This document shows positions 63,125-64,000 of a DNA stretch of 64,000 bases, one piece after another. Location: the NCBI RefSeq assembly GCF_020745735.1, contig NC_083446.1:13184068-13248067 (forward strand), given 5' to 3'. The DNA comes from Hemiscyllium ocellatum. Taxonomy: Eukaryota. The position numbers were made by a program, and so were the translations under genes. The number at the start of each line of letters is the position of its first letter. The first letter of the stretch is position 1. The notes under the pieces are model-generated. The model was not told the origin of the DNA and did no database searches. It saw only the letters and a program-made list of their open reading frames with translations.

Positions 63125-63355
63125 ATAAGGACTTGTAGCACAGTGACAGGGTCTTTAATTCCAGGCCACTGGGCCTAGATTCAAGTCTCACCTACTCCAG
63201 AGGTGTGTCATAATGACTACACTAATGAACACCTCCAGCTCTTGTAGTTCAGTGGTAGTATCCATATGTCTGAAGTAGGAGGCCCGAGTTTAAGTCGCAG
63301 CTGTGCTAGGGGTGAGTAATAACATCTCTGAACAGGTTAATTTAAAAATGTCTGC
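63125..63355 (+). mobile_element. Two tandem short tRNA-like SINE units
   Basis: tagcacagtg/tagttcagtggt A-box, ttcaagtc B-box, ggtgtgtcataa tail; similar units at ~10115-10250 and ~48780-48900. Confidence 0.55.
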
Positions 63356-64000
63356 AGTTGAAACTGCTGACCTCCAACAGTGATTGTCTTCTCATTTGCT
63401 AGCTACTAGCAGCACAGAGTTTCACTTGATTCTCACTGAATCTTGTTTTTTGAGGGCTCCTTGAATTCATGCTTGATCAAATGATGCCTTGCTGTGAAAG
63501 GTAGTCACTGCCTCTACAGACCAAAGGTATTGCCTGAGTCCTTGAAATGTCTCTGTAATCCTTTTATGATTAGCTACAATGTTTTCTGAATCCATGTCAT
63601 CCAAAAATTCAAACATTTGCACACCTGTTAATTTTCCTTCTCGAGATTCTTACACGCTTGTAGTAACTGCAATACATCAACTTCTGTGAACAGCCACGAT
63701 TTATTTCGGCAAGTACCAGCTTTTGGAGGATCACTTAACGCTCTTCGCAATGTTTGTGGAGTGTGTCAAGCGAGGCTCTCTGAATAAGGGAACCGTCCTC
63801 CCATTATGCAGGGTTTTACATCGCAGTCAGTGATGCAGACAAAACACCATCCCGCTGATGCTACCCCATAGTCACATGCCAGCTAAAGACAAAGTACCAA
63901 AATTAGATTATTTCTAGAAACAACATGTGGTTAGGTTATTCCTTAAAACAGAGTACCATTATCAGAAAAACACCCCTTCCCCAGAACATCGAATTTCTTA

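Noticed and set aside
63235-63305. tRNA gene (also the HE1 SINE heads)
   Set aside because: A/B boxes are present but there is no complete cloverleaf, and each is followed by a SINE body.

Overview
Vertebrate genomic DNA, not prokaryotic. The HE1/V-SINE-type SINEs, CR1/HER1-type LINEs and zinc-finger gene style point to a cartilaginous fish (shark); this is an inference from recalled family motifs. The window is part of a KRAB-less C2H2 zinc-finger cluster: three intact single-coding-exon genes (9, 7 and 12 fingers), one frameshifted pseudogene and five CpG-rich promoter-like islands. These sit in a dense retroelement field of CR1, a second CR1/L2-like LINE, Rex1, RTE, Tx1, Penelope, SINEs and two solo LTRs. 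Three signals stand out. (1) More than 15 minimal hammerhead-ribozyme (HHR) motifs lie on 90-530 bp Penelope-derived elements, several head-to-head and with 11-16 bp target-site duplications (TSDs). (2) ZNF start codons were created inside a TGEKP linker, leaving dead fingers in the 5' leader and an invariant 'PWKC' first finger. (3) A shared promoter module (GC box, CCAAT box, GGAGGACC..GGTCCTCC inverted repeat) is amplified as an exact 60-bp array. Repeat boundaries and family names were read by eye and are approximate.
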